Shown one piece after another: positions 28,718 to 39,776 of a DNA stretch of 64,000 nt. The stretch covers positions 1,494 to 65,493 of the forward strand of contig CAZWHZ010000003.1 of the NCBI GenBank assembly GCA_964633745.1, read 5' to 3'. The DNA is from an uncultured Acidimicrobiia bacterium. GTDB lineage: Bacteria > Actinomycetota > Acidimicrobiia > Spongiisociales > UBA4744. Each line of letters starts with the position of its first letter. Within the stretch, counting starts at the first letter, position 1. Below the pieces are notes generated by a model. It searched no databases. It had not been told where the DNA came from and was given only the letters and a program-made list of their open reading frames with translations. The position numbers and the translations under genes are program-made.

Positions 28718-28859
28718 GCCCGCGATGGATGATACGCACGTGGCCGAGCTTCTCGCCGAACTTCAGGATGCCGACCCTGCAGAGGCTGCCGAGATCGCAG
28801 AACGGCTCGCCCAACTGCTCGCAAATCACCTGGAGATGGACGAGGAGCCGTCCACCTGA
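28716..28859 (+). CDS. Small acidic ORF (44-47 aa) upstream of tlyA
   Basis: M(PAM)DDTHVAELLAELQDADPAEAAEIAERLAQLLANHLEMDEEPST-stop. Its TGA (28857-28859) overlaps CTG 28856 in the tlyA frame. Confidence 0.4.
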   Translation: MPAMDDTHVAELLAELQDADPAEAAEIAERLAQLLANHLEMDEEPST

Positions 28860-29653
28860 CACGTCGACGCCTTGATGTAGAGCTGGTTCGACGCGGAGTG
28901 GCCGAGAGCCGATCCGCAGCGAAAGACATGATCGAACGCGGGCTGGTGTTGATCGCCGGCATTCCCGCAAGCAAGGCGAACACGCTCGTAGACGATCAGG
29001 TATCGATCACCACCGAAGACTCCGTTCGTCCTTTCGTATCGCGCGGTGGTGAGAAGCTTGCAGGCGCCCTGGTGGTGTTCGGTGTCGACGTAGAAGGCTC
29101 GATGTGCCTCGACGTGGGGGCGTCCACGGGCGGCTTCACCGACTGCCTGCTTCAGGCGGGTGCAGCATCCGTTACAGCGGTAGATGTCGGGTATGGGCAG
29201 CTTGCGTGGCGTCTCCAAACGGATCCGCGCGTCCGGGTAGTCGAACGGACGAACATCCGCTATGCCGAACCGGAGGCGCTCGGTGCACCGTTTGATGTGG
29301 TGGTTGCCGATCTCTCATTCATCTCGCTGTGCACGGTCGCGCCGGTTCTCGCCGAGTGTGGCAGCACCGACACCGACTACATCGTGCTCGTGAAACCGCA
29401 GTTCGAGGCGGGTAGGGGACAGGTCGGCAAGGGGGGAATCATTCGCGACGCCTCGGTGCGCCTCGGCACCGTCGACAAGGTGATCGGGTGTCTTGCCGAT
29501 GTGGGCCTGGGTACCAGGGGCGTGATGCGTTCGCCATTGCAGGGTACTGATGGGAACCTCGAATTCCTCCTGTGGGCGCGGCGCGGAGAGGGAAGCGTTC
29601 ACGCTGCAACGCCGGATCTGGACGAGGGGGTATCGTACGTTGCGGATCCATAG
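28856..29653 (+). CDS. tlyA: TlyA-family 16S/23S rRNA (cytidine-2'-O)-methyltransferase
   Basis: The ORF track starts at GTG 28898, but the same frame upstream encodes TRRRLDVELVRRG (conserved S4-domain N-terminus) with no ATG, GTG or TTG. Start provisionally placed at CTG 28856 (265 aa). Core motif DVGASTGGFTDCLLQ. The 28898 start is the conservative alternative. Confidence 0.85.
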   Translation: MTRRRLDVELVRRGVAESRSAAKDMIERGLVLIAGIPASKANTLVDDQVSITTEDSVRPFVSRGGEKLAGALVVFGVDVEGSMCLDVGASTGGFTDCLLQAGAASVTAVDVGYGQLAWRLQTDPRVRVVERTNIRYAEPEALGAPFDVVVADLSFISLCTVAPVLAECGSTDTDYIVLVKPQFEAGRGQVGKGGIIRDASVRLGTVDKVIGCLADVGLGTRGVMRSPLQGTDGNLEFLLWARRGEGSVHAATPDLDEGVSYVADP

Positions 29654-29680
29654 CATGATGGTCGGTCAGGTGGTGAGTAC

Positions 29681-30481
29681 GTGAGATTGGCACTGGTGGT
29701 GCACGAGGATCGCCCGCAGGCGGGCGCCGTCGCAGAACGTCTTCGTGAGGAGTGCCATCGGCACGGGATCGAGATCGTCGACACGAGCGACGAGATCGAT
29801 GCGGTCGTCGCGGTAGGGGGAGACGGCACGGTGCTGCGGGCAGCGCGAGTGGCGCTTCGTGCCGGCGCGGCACTCCTCGGCGTCAATGTTGGACGGAAAG
29901 GTTTCTTGGCCGACGCTGAACCCGCACAGCTCGAAGAGGCCATCGATGTTCTCGCATCCGGCGCATGGCAGGAGTCATCCAGGATGACGATCCAGGCAAG
30001 CATGAACGGGGAGCCGGGGACCGAGGGCATCAACGATGTCGTCATAGAGAAGACCGGAGGACATTCGATCATCTCCATCGAAGTGGAGGTCGACGGGGAA
30101 CGCTTCATCGACTACCACGCCGACGGGCTCGTCTTCGCAACGCCGAGCGGTTCCACCGCGTACAACCTGTCGGCGGGTGGACCGCTCGTTGCTCCCGAGG
30201 TGGAGGCACTCATCATCTCTCCGGTCGCTGCCCACTCGTTGTTCTCCAAAAGTCTGCTCCTGCATCCGGACGCGAGACTCCGGTGCACAATGGTCGCGGA
30301 TCGGCCGGCATCCGTCAGCGTGGATGGGCGATCGCTTGGAACGGCCGTTACCGGTGACGTGATCACGATTGAGCGTGGAGCACATCGCGTTCGGTTCATC
30401 CAGGTGTCCGGAACGTCGTTTCCGACACGAGTCAAGGAGAAGTTCCACCTCAACGAGGACCGAAGGTCGGTGGGTGGCTGA
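29681..30481 (+). CDS. nadK: NAD kinase
   Basis: GGDGT, NxGxLGFL-like (NVGRKGFL) and TPSGSTAYNLSAGGP motifs. Confidence 0.9.
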   Translation: MRLALVVHEDRPQAGAVAERLREECHRHGIEIVDTSDEIDAVVAVGGDGTVLRAARVALRAGAALLGVNVGRKGFLADAEPAQLEEAIDVLASGAWQESSRMTIQASMNGEPGTEGINDVVIEKTGGHSIISIEVEVDGERFIDYHADGLVFATPSGSTAYNLSAGGPLVAPEVEALIISPVAAHSLFSKSLLLHPDARLRCTMVADRPASVSVDGRSLGTAVTGDVITIERGAHRVRFIQVSGTSFPTRVKEKFHLNEDRRSVGG

Positions 30482-30483
30482 AC

Positions 30484-32070
30484 GTGCTCGATGAACTGAG
30501 GGTCGTCAACCTCGGGATCCTCGAGGACATCAGGATCGAGCCGGGCCAAGGTCTCACCGTTGTGAGTGGAGAGACCGGCGCCGGCAAGACGATGCTCCTC
30601 GGGGCGCTGAGACTGCTGACCGGCCAGCGGGCACCGTCTGACGTCATAGGTCCTCACGGAGACCAGACGCTGGTCGAGGGCCGGCTCGTCCTCGACGAAG
30701 GAGACATGGTGCTCACCCGCAGGATCAACGCCCGTGGGAGCCGCGCCTACCTCGATGGTGAGATGGTCCCCAACCGAGTTCTCGACGAACGAACAGACGA
30801 CCTCATCGAGATCGTCGGTCAGAACGACCGCTTCCACCTCCTCAAACCGTCGGCGATGCGCTCGCTCGTCGATACCACGCTGGATGATGCCACGACGCTC
30901 GATCGATATCGCCAGGCGTGGGCCGAGGCGCAGAGGCTCGAGGCAGATCTCGCGTTGCTGGGAGGCGATCGGGAGGCTCTGGAGCGCGAACGCGACATCT
31001 TGCGGTACCAGATCGACGACATTGGCTCCGCAGGATTCAAGCCTGGCGATGACGTTGCCCTCACCGGACAAGCTGCCCGGTTGCGGAGCGCCGGGGAGCT
31101 GACCGAACGACTCGACCGTGCCCGAGCCGCACTCGACACCGTCAGTGATGCCGCCGGAGATCTCATTGGGGAACTGCGCGGAGTCTCCAAAGTCGACCCC
31201 ACCAGTGGGGACCTCGTTGAAGCCTCCGAGACGCTCGCGGTGCTCACGACCGACCTGGCCGGACGGGTACGCGACACGGCGGAGTCCATCGACCACGACC
31301 CGGCAACCCTCGAAGGTCTCGAACTCCGGCTCGGCCGGCTGGCCGAACTTCGACGCAAGTACGGCTCCACGCTGGACGAAGTCCTGTTGTTCGCGACTTC
31401 AAGCGAAGCTCGGTTGCACGAACTGGACGGTCTCCTCGATCGCGCCGACACGTTGGGAGAGGAGCTGCAGGTGGCACGTGAGGAGCTCGCCAACACCGGA
31501 ACTTCTCTCCTTGAAGCGCGTCGTCGAGCGGCCGGCCTGATCGAGGAGGCCGTCTCAACGCAGCTCTCGGATCTCGGACTCGGGGGTGCATCGATCTCGA
31601 TGTCCGTCGAGCCGTCAACAGCCGGCCCGGATGGAGCCGACACCGTGAAGGTGGCTTTCTCTTCTGACCCGCGAATGACTCCCGGACCACTGGAGCGCAT
31701 TGCGTCCGGGGGAGAGCTCAGCAGAGTTGTCTTGGCACTTCGCCTCGCAACGGACGCCGGTGACGCCCCGATCCTCGCATTCGACGAGATCGACGCGGGT
31801 GTTGGGGGCGAGACGGCGCTCGCGCTTGGCCGGAAGCTCTCCAAGCTTGCAGAGGGCCGACAGGTGCTGTGTGTCACCCATCTCCCACAGGTTGCAGCTT
31901 TCGCCGATAGGCACCTCGTCGTCACCAGGAATGGCACATCGGCGGTCGTTGAGCGAGTCGAGGGCGAGGCCAGACTGCGGGAGCTGTCGAGGATGCTCGC
32001 CGGCCTCCCGGAGTCGGTACAAGGTCGCCTGCACGCTCAGGAGCTACTCGCCGCTGCCCGCTCCGGGTGA
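30484..32070 (+). CDS. recN: DNA repair protein RecN
   Basis: MLDELRVVNLGILED...GETGAGKT Walker A, long coiled coil, and C-terminal ASGGELSRV signature. Confidence 0.9.
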   Translation: MLDELRVVNLGILEDIRIEPGQGLTVVSGETGAGKTMLLGALRLLTGQRAPSDVIGPHGDQTLVEGRLVLDEGDMVLTRRINARGSRAYLDGEMVPNRVLDERTDDLIEIVGQNDRFHLLKPSAMRSLVDTTLDDATTLDRYRQAWAEAQRLEADLALLGGDREALERERDILRYQIDDIGSAGFKPGDDVALTGQAARLRSAGELTERLDRARAALDTVSDAAGDLIGELRGVSKVDPTSGDLVEASETLAVLTTDLAGRVRDTAESIDHDPATLEGLELRLGRLAELRRKYGSTLDEVLLFATSSEARLHELDGLLDRADTLGEELQVAREELANTGTSLLEARRRAAGLIEEAVSTQLSDLGLGGASISMSVEPSTAGPDGADTVKVAFSSDPRMTPGPLERIASGGELSRVVLALRLATDAGDAPILAFDEIDAGVGGETALALGRKLSKLAEGRQVLCVTHLPQVAAFADRHLVVTRNGTSAVVERVEGEARLRELSRMLAGLPESVQGRLHAQELLAAARSG

Positions 32071-32077
32071 GATCCCC

Positions 32078-32097
32078 GCAGCCCACCTCAGGGCTGC
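32078..32097 (+). terminator. Short hairpin between recN and pyrG
   Basis: GCAGCCC-ACCTCA-GGGCTGC. No U-tract. Confidence 0.3.
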
Positions 32098-32105
32098 TAC
32101 GATGA

Positions 32106-34284
<2,179 letters not shown>

Positions 34285-34288
<4 letters not shown>

Positions 34289-35412
34289 TCATTGGAGTCC
34301 CCAGGGAGATCAAGCCGGGCGAACACCGTGTGGCGATCACGCCTGTTGGTGTCAGAGAACTGGTGGATAGGGGTCATCGGGTCGTGATCGAGACCAGTGC
34401 TGGAGAGGGATCGACCATCCACGACGCAGAGTACGAGGCACAAGGTGCTCGGATCCTCACCTCCGCAGGCGACGTATTCGATACGGCCGACATGGTTCTG
34501 AAGGTCAAGGAACCACAGCCGCCTGAAGTCGCCATGCTCCATGAAGGGCAAGTGCTCTTCACGTACCTGCACCTCGCAGCGCATCCCGCGTTGACGGAGG
34601 CGATGCTCGAACGCAACGCCATCGCAATCGCCTACGAGACGGTGGAACTGCCGAGCGGAGAGCTCCCTCTGCTCGCCCCGATGTCAGAGGTGGCAGGGAG
34701 GATGGGGACGCAAGCCGGCGCCTATTTCCTCGAGAAGGCTCACGGTGGGAGGGGAATCCTCCTCGGCGGAGTACCCGGGGTGATGCCGGCCAAGGTGGTC
34801 GTCATCGGAGCAGGGATGGCCGGAGCGAACGCAGCCATGATGGCGGCCGGACTGGGTGCGCAGGTCGTGGTTCTCGACACCGACGCGAGGAAGCTCCAGT
34901 CTCTCGATGCTCTCTACCGGGGCAGGATTCTGACGCTCTCCTCCAACCTGCTGACCATCGAGGAGCAGGTGCGCGATGCCGATCTGGTGATTGGCGCAGT
35001 GCTGCTCCCCGGAGCCTCGGCCCCGAAGCTCGTGACCGAGGCGACCGTCAAGGAGATGAAGCGCGGTTCCGTTCTCGTCGACATAGCCATCGATCAAGGC
35101 GGCTGTTTCGAAACGAGCAAGGAGACCACCCACCAGGATCCCACGTACCTGCTCCACGAAGTCGTTCATTACGCAGTGGGCAACATCCCGGGAGCTGTCC
35201 CGCACACCTCCACCTACGCACTCACGAACGCGACGCTTCCCTACGTGCTGGCACTCGCCGACGACGGGGTTTCGGGGGCGGTCGCGCTGCGTCCGGAGTT
35301 GCTCCTCGGATTGAACGTGATCGGCGAGCACGTGGTGCACAGGGCCGTCGCACAGAGCCTTGGACTGACCTACACCAACCCGACGGAACTTCTCACCCAG
35401 CTGCCAGCGTGA
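34285..35412 (+). CDS. ald: Alanine dehydrogenase
   Basis: [20 protein letters not shown]...[13 protein letters not shown] Rossmann motif. Confidence 0.9.
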
Positions 35413-36290
35413 CGACGGAAGAAGCGGTAGAGGAGTACCTATCTTCCCTCGCGGTCGAGCGGGGGCTCTCGGCGAACACGCTCGCGGCCTATCGACGCGA
35501 TCTCGCCCAGTACGTGACGTTTCTGGAGGGGCGCGAACCCACGGCGGGGCTGGTCGTCGAGTACGTGGCCACGTTGCACGGGTCGTCACTCGCCCCATCC
35601 ACCATCGCCAGGAAGATAGCGTCGCTTCGTGGGCTTCACCGTTTTCTCGTTGGAGAAGGGCTCGCGCATGTCGATCCGACCGCGCTCGTCGAGACACCCC
35701 GACTGCCCCGTCGTCTCCCGAAGGCGCTCAGCGTGGATGAGCTCTTCCGGATCCTCGACAGCCCGGACGCGGCCACACCACTCGGTAGACGTGACCGCGC
35801 GCTCCTCGAGTTCATGTACGCAACCGGCGCCCGGGTGTCGGAAACCGTCGGCCTCGATCTGGAAGCGATCGATCTGGAGGAGCGAACAGCCATTGTCACC
35901 GGCAAGGGTTCTCATCAGAGGATGGTGCCCATCGGTGGACATGCCGTCTCGGCGATCACCGCGTACCTCCCGGACAGGATGCGCCTCAAGGGGACTCGCC
36001 CCGATCCCGGGGCGCTGTTCTTGAGTTCGCGGGGACGGCGGCTGAGTCGACAGGGAGTCTGGGTGATCGTGAAGCGCAACGCCGAAAGCGCCGGGATCGA
36101 CCGGGATCGCATCTCGCCACACGTCCTTCGACATTCGGCGGCGACGCACATGGTTGAAGGGGGAGCTGACCTGAGAACCGTCCAGGAGATGCTGGGACAC
36201 GCTAATATCTCGACGACTCAGGTGTACACCAAGGTGTCGCCCCAGCATCTATACGAGGTGTACGTTTTGTCGCATCCGCGGAGCAGGTGA
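35409..36290 (+). CDS. xerD: Tyrosine recombinase XerD (XerC/XerD family)
   Basis: LRHSAATHMVEGGADLRTVQEMLGHANISTTQVYTKV, with catalytic RHRH-Y residues. Synteny after pyrG and the NUDIX gene as for Rv1701. Confidence 0.85.
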   Translation: MTTEEAVEEYLSSLAVERGLSANTLAAYRRDLAQYVTFLEGREPTAGLVVEYVATLHGSSLAPSTIARKIASLRGLHRFLVGEGLAHVDPTALVETPRLPRRLPKALSVDELFRILDSPDAATPLGRRDRALLEFMYATGARVSETVGLDLEAIDLEERTAIVTGKGSHQRMVPIGGHAVSAITAYLPDRMRLKGTRPDPGALFLSSRGRRLSRQGVWVIVKRNAESAGIDRDRISPHVLRHSAATHMVEGGADLRTVQEMLGHANISTTQVYTKVSPQHLYEVYVLSHPRSR

Positions 36291-36297
36291 ACTAACA

Positions 36298-36630
36298 ATG
36301 GACTCCATCCGTTCAGCGCTCGAGTCCGAGCGAGAGGAACTGGTTCGACAACTCGATGAGCTTGGCGCGACCGACCAAGGGAATCTGCGCTCGGACGTCG
36401 AATTCCCTGGCTCGTTCGCGGATGCAGGTGCTGCCGCTGCGGAACGAAGCGAGGTGATCGGACTCGTTCAGAGCCTCGCACGCCGCGTGGGCATGGTTGA
36501 TCGTGCCTTGACGAAGATCCAGGAAGGCACCTACGGGGTATGCGATCGCTGCGGGAACCCGATCTCGAGCGCTCGACTCGAAGCACGACCTGATTCGGTG
36601 TTGTGCCTCGACTGCAAATCACGCTCTTGA
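36298..36630 (+). CDS. TraR/DksA-family C4 zinc-finger protein
   Basis: C-terminal YGVCDRCGNPISSARLEARPDSVLCLDC. Confidence 0.75.
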   Translation: MDSIRSALESEREELVRQLDELGATDQGNLRSDVEFPGSFADAGAAAAERSEVIGLVQSLARRVGMVDRALTKIQEGTYGVCDRCGNPISSARLEARPDSVLCLDCKSRS

Positions 36631-37235
36631 GCAACCTCAGTCAGAATCTCCTCTTCATCGCCGTGCTCATCCCGTCGGTGATCCTCCACGAGGTGTCCCA
36701 CGGGTGGATCGCCGAACGGTTCGGTGACACAACTGCCCGCGACGCCGGGCGTATCACGCTGAACCCACTGGTCCATATCGACCCGGTTGGCACACTCCTC
36801 GTTCCGGCTGTGCTCGCGTTCACCGGAGCGCCGGTGTTCGGGTGGGCGAAACCCGTGCCTGTCGTGCCGGGCCGCCTCCGACACCCGACCAGAGACATGG
36901 CTCTCGTAGGTATTGCCGGGCCGCTCACCAACGTTGCGCTCGCGCTGATCGGCGGCAGGGTGTTCTTGCCGTTCACCAGCGGCATCGGGGCGTATGTCGT
37001 TTTCTACTTCGCCTACATCAACGTCGTCCTGGCGATCTTCAACCTCCTGCCCGTTCCCCCGCTCGACGGCAGTCGGCTCCTGCCACTCGCCCTCGGGCCT
37101 CGCGGCCGGCGCGTGTGGTCATCGATCGAGCCTTTCGGGCTCCTGATCATCTTCGCGTTGTTGTGGATTCCGCAGTTCTCGGTGGTACTGACCGTGCCGA
37201 TCCGAGCGCTGGCCGGGGTCGTGGGGTTGACGTGA
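36603..37235 (+). CDS. Site-2 protease family (peptidase M50) membrane metalloprotease
   Basis: HEVSHG (HExxH) and later NLLPVPPLDG. Start ambiguous: GTG 36603, or TTG 36627 which overlaps the upstream TGA. Confidence 0.8.
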   Translation: MPRLQITLLSNLSQNLLFIAVLIPSVILHEVSHGWIAERFGDTTARDAGRITLNPLVHIDPVGTLLVPAVLAFTGAPVFGWAKPVPVVPGRLRHPTRDMALVGIAGPLTNVALALIGGRVFLPFTSGIGAYVVFYFAYINVVLAIFNLLPVPPLDGSRLLPLALGPRGRRVWSSIEPFGLLIIFALLWIPQFSVVLTVPIRALAGVVGLT

Positions 37236-37732
37236 GCAGACTCGGCGGGTGGTGGCACCTCGCCAGGCGATTCCTGGAGGTGCTCTTCGCGAAGCCCCTG
37301 ACGGATGCTCAGAGAGCTGAGGTTCGGGCGCTGCTCCGCTCCGACGGAGAGGCTGCGCTGTTCTTCACTCAGCCGGCCGCCGACCAGCAGCACGGGCTCG
37401 CTGCAGCCCGCTACGCGCCGCCGACCCTTCGCCGTGCAGCGCTTCTGCACGATGTCGGCAAGCAGGCCTCCGGAATGGGGGTCTGGGGGCGATCCCTCGC
37501 GAGCGTGGCAGCGAAGTTTCACATCCCTGTGCGAGGCCGGCTCGCTCGATATCTCGAGCACGGCCCGATCGGCGCGGACATGCTGGAACGCGAAGGGGGC
37601 GAGCCGATCGTTGTCGAGTACGCCAGACACCACCACGGCCAAAGGCCGCCGGGCGTGTTGCTCGAGGACTGGGTGCTGCTGGTGGAAGCGGATCGAAAGG
37701 CGCGCCCGAACAACGTCCCGCCAATACGATGA
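37232..37732 (+). CDS. HD-domain protein
   Basis: ORF 36842..37732 trimmed to GTG 37232 (GTGA overlap). AALLHDVGK motif. Confidence 0.65.
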   Translation: MSRLGGWWHLARRFLEVLFAKPLTDAQRAEVRALLRSDGEAALFFTQPAADQQHGLAAARYAPPTLRRAALLHDVGKQASGMGVWGRSLASVAAKFHIPVRGRLARYLEHGPIGADMLEREGGEPIVVEYARHHHGQRPPGVLLEDWVLLVEADRKARPNNVPPIR

Positions 37733-38496
37733 TGGGCGCCGTGAAGACGCACGAAGTCAAAACAGCCGTGTTCGAAGGTCCACTGGATCTTCTGCTTCAA
37801 CTGATCACGAGTCACCAGCTCGAGATCACCGCGGTCAGCCTGGTCGATCTGGTGAACGAGTACCTCGCGGTGATCGAAGAGCTGGAGCGTCTCGACCTTG
37901 AAGTCACCAGCGAGTTCGTACTGATCGCGTCGACGCTCATTCAACTGAAGGCTCGCCGCCTTCTTCCGACTTCGGATGGACTCGATCTCGACGAGGAGCT
38001 GGAACTCATCGAAGAGCGGGATCGGCTCCTCGCACGACTCCTTGCGTGTGTCACGTTCAAGGACGTCGCCGCCGTGATCGGCCACAGAATGGAGCAGGCG
38101 GACCGGTTCATGTCACGCCCGTGGGGAATCGATTTCCCTCTGCCCCCGCGGCCGGACGCGCTGCCACCGATCGATGGGAACCGGTTGGCTCGACTCGCGA
38201 CAGAGCTCTTCGAAACGACGATTGCCGAACCGGACCTCGACCATCTCGATCTCGACCTGCCGTCGGTCGCGGATGCGATGGCGGATCTCCGCAGGCGCGT
38301 CACCATGGACACTGAAGCAGACTTCTCTGACCTCGTTGGACACACAGAACGCCCGGTAGAGGTCATCGCCTACTTCCTCGCCCTTCTGGAGCTTGCCCGC
38401 TGGGGGATCGTCGAAGTCACCCAAAGCGGCTGGCTTGCGGAGATTCGTGTGAAAGCCGCCGTGGTGGACCTGACGATCGAGAGCGAGTGGGAGTGA
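37729..38496 (+). CDS. scpA: Segregation and condensation protein A
   Basis: FEGPLDLLLQLI...LIQLKARRLLP. Confidence 0.9.
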   Translation: MMGAVKTHEVKTAVFEGPLDLLLQLITSHQLEITAVSLVDLVNEYLAVIEELERLDLEVTSEFVLIASTLIQLKARRLLPTSDGLDLDEELELIEERDRLLARLLACVTFKDVAAVIGHRMEQADRFMSRPWGIDFPLPPRPDALPPIDGNRLARLATELFETTIAEPDLDHLDLDLPSVADAMADLRRRVTMDTEADFSDLVGHTERPVEVIAYFLALLELARWGIVEVTQSGWLAEIRVKAAVVDLTIESEWE

Positions 38497-38499
38497 GCC

Positions 38500-39063
38500 G
38501 TGAGTGACATTGAACTCGCCAGAGTCATCGAGGCGATCCTGTTCGTCGCCGAGGAGCCGGTGTCGCAGGACGTACTGGTGGAGGTACTGGAGGCGAGGGT
38601 GGAGGATATCCAAGAAGGCCTGACCACACTCCAGCACACTCTCGACGAGCGAGGATCAGGACTGATCGTCAGAGAGACGGCCGGCGGATGGCGTCTCTAC
38701 ACGCGGCCCGCGACGCGTCCATTCCTGGAACGGTTCACGGTCTCGGCATCTTTGGCTCGGCTCTCGAATGCGGCGATGGAGGTGCTCTCGATCATCGCCT
38801 ACCAGCAACCTGTCTCAAAGGGGCAGATCACAGAGATTCGGGGTGTCGATTCCGGGTCCGCCGTGCGGACACTCGAACGGCGAGGCTTGATTCAGGAACG
38901 AGAACGGCTCTCGACACCGGGAAATCCCGCTCTCTTCGAGACATCCCGCCTGTTCCTCGAGAAGGTCGGCATCAACTCGCTCGACGAACTGCCACCACTC
39001 GCCGACCACGTGCCTCCATCAACGGTCGTGGAGTCGTTGGAGGAGAGCTTCCGCTCCGAATGA
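38500..39063 (+). CDS. scpB: Segregation and condensation protein B
   Basis: IEAILFVAEEPVS...AALEVLSIIAYQQPVSKGQITEIRGV. Confidence 0.9.
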   Translation: MSDIELARVIEAILFVAEEPVSQDVLVEVLEARVEDIQEGLTTLQHTLDERGSGLIVRETAGGWRLYTRPATRPFLERFTVSASLARLSNAAMEVLSIIAYQQPVSKGQITEIRGVDSGSAVRTLERRGLIQERERLSTPGNPALFETSRLFLEKVGINSLDELPPLADHVPPSTVVESLEESFRSE

Positions 39064-39776
39064 TCGAACGTCTCCAGAAGCTCATGGCACACTCCGGTCT
39101 CACGTCGCGTCGCGGCGCCGAGGAGATGATTGCCGGAGGCCGGGTGACCGTTGATGGCATCGCCGCCCATCTCGGCCAGAAGATCGATCCTGAGACTGCC
39201 CATGTCGAAATCGATGGGGTTCCTCTGCCGGTCGCTCCTGGGCTCGTCTACTTCCTGCTCAACAAACCGCTCGGCGTCATCAGCACCGCGGAGGACACCC
39301 ACGGCCGGCCAACCGTGGTCGACCTGGTTCCCTCCGAGACTCGCGTCTACCCGGTGGGTCGCCTCGACGGGGATTCGGAAGGGCTCATCCTGCTGACGAA
39401 CGATGGGACCCTCACCGAACGCCTCACTCACCCCAGGTATGGAGTCCGGAGAACGTATCTGGTGCGGGTCAGAGGAGACGCTACGAGTGCGCGGGTTCGT
39501 CGGTTGAAGGAAGGAGTCGAACTCGAGGACGGTCCTGCACGCCCCGTGTCGGTACGAGTCGTCGACCGTCTGGGAGAAGAGGCCCTCCTGGAGATCGTTC
39601 TGAGCGAGGGTCGGAAGCGGGAAGTACGGAGGATGTGCGATGCGGTGGACCTCCCTGTGGTGCGGCTCGTTCGCACGGCGATCGGTCCCCTCAGCGACCA
39701 CACTCTCAAGCCGGGCGAGAGCAGGGCGCTAGGGATTGAGGAAGTGCGGAGCCTCTACGCTGCAACAGAGCAATGA
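39060..39776 (+). CDS. rluB: Pseudouridine synthase (RsuA/RluB family)
   Basis: ORF 38688..39776 trimmed to ATG 39060 (ATGA overlap). S4 domain plus GRLDGDSEGLILLTNDG catalytic motif. Confidence 0.85.
   Translation: MIERLQKLMAHSGLTSRRGAEEMIAGGRVTVDGIAAHLGQKIDPETAHVEIDGVPLPVAPGLVYFLLNKPLGVISTAEDTHGRPTVVDLVPSETRVYPVGRLDGDSEGLILLTNDGTLTERLTHPRYGVRRTYLVRVRGDATSARVRRLKEGVELEDGPARPVSVRVVDRLGEEALLEIVLSEGRKREVRRMCDAVDLPVVRLVRTAIGPLSDHTLKPGESRALGIEEVRSLYAATEQ

Noticed and set aside
30112-31937. Long minus-strand ORFs (30112..31296, 394 aa; 30819..31937, 372 aa) opposite nadK and recN
   Set aside because: Shadow ORFs antisense to well-supported genes. Ser/Arg/Pro-rich, with no recognisable domain.
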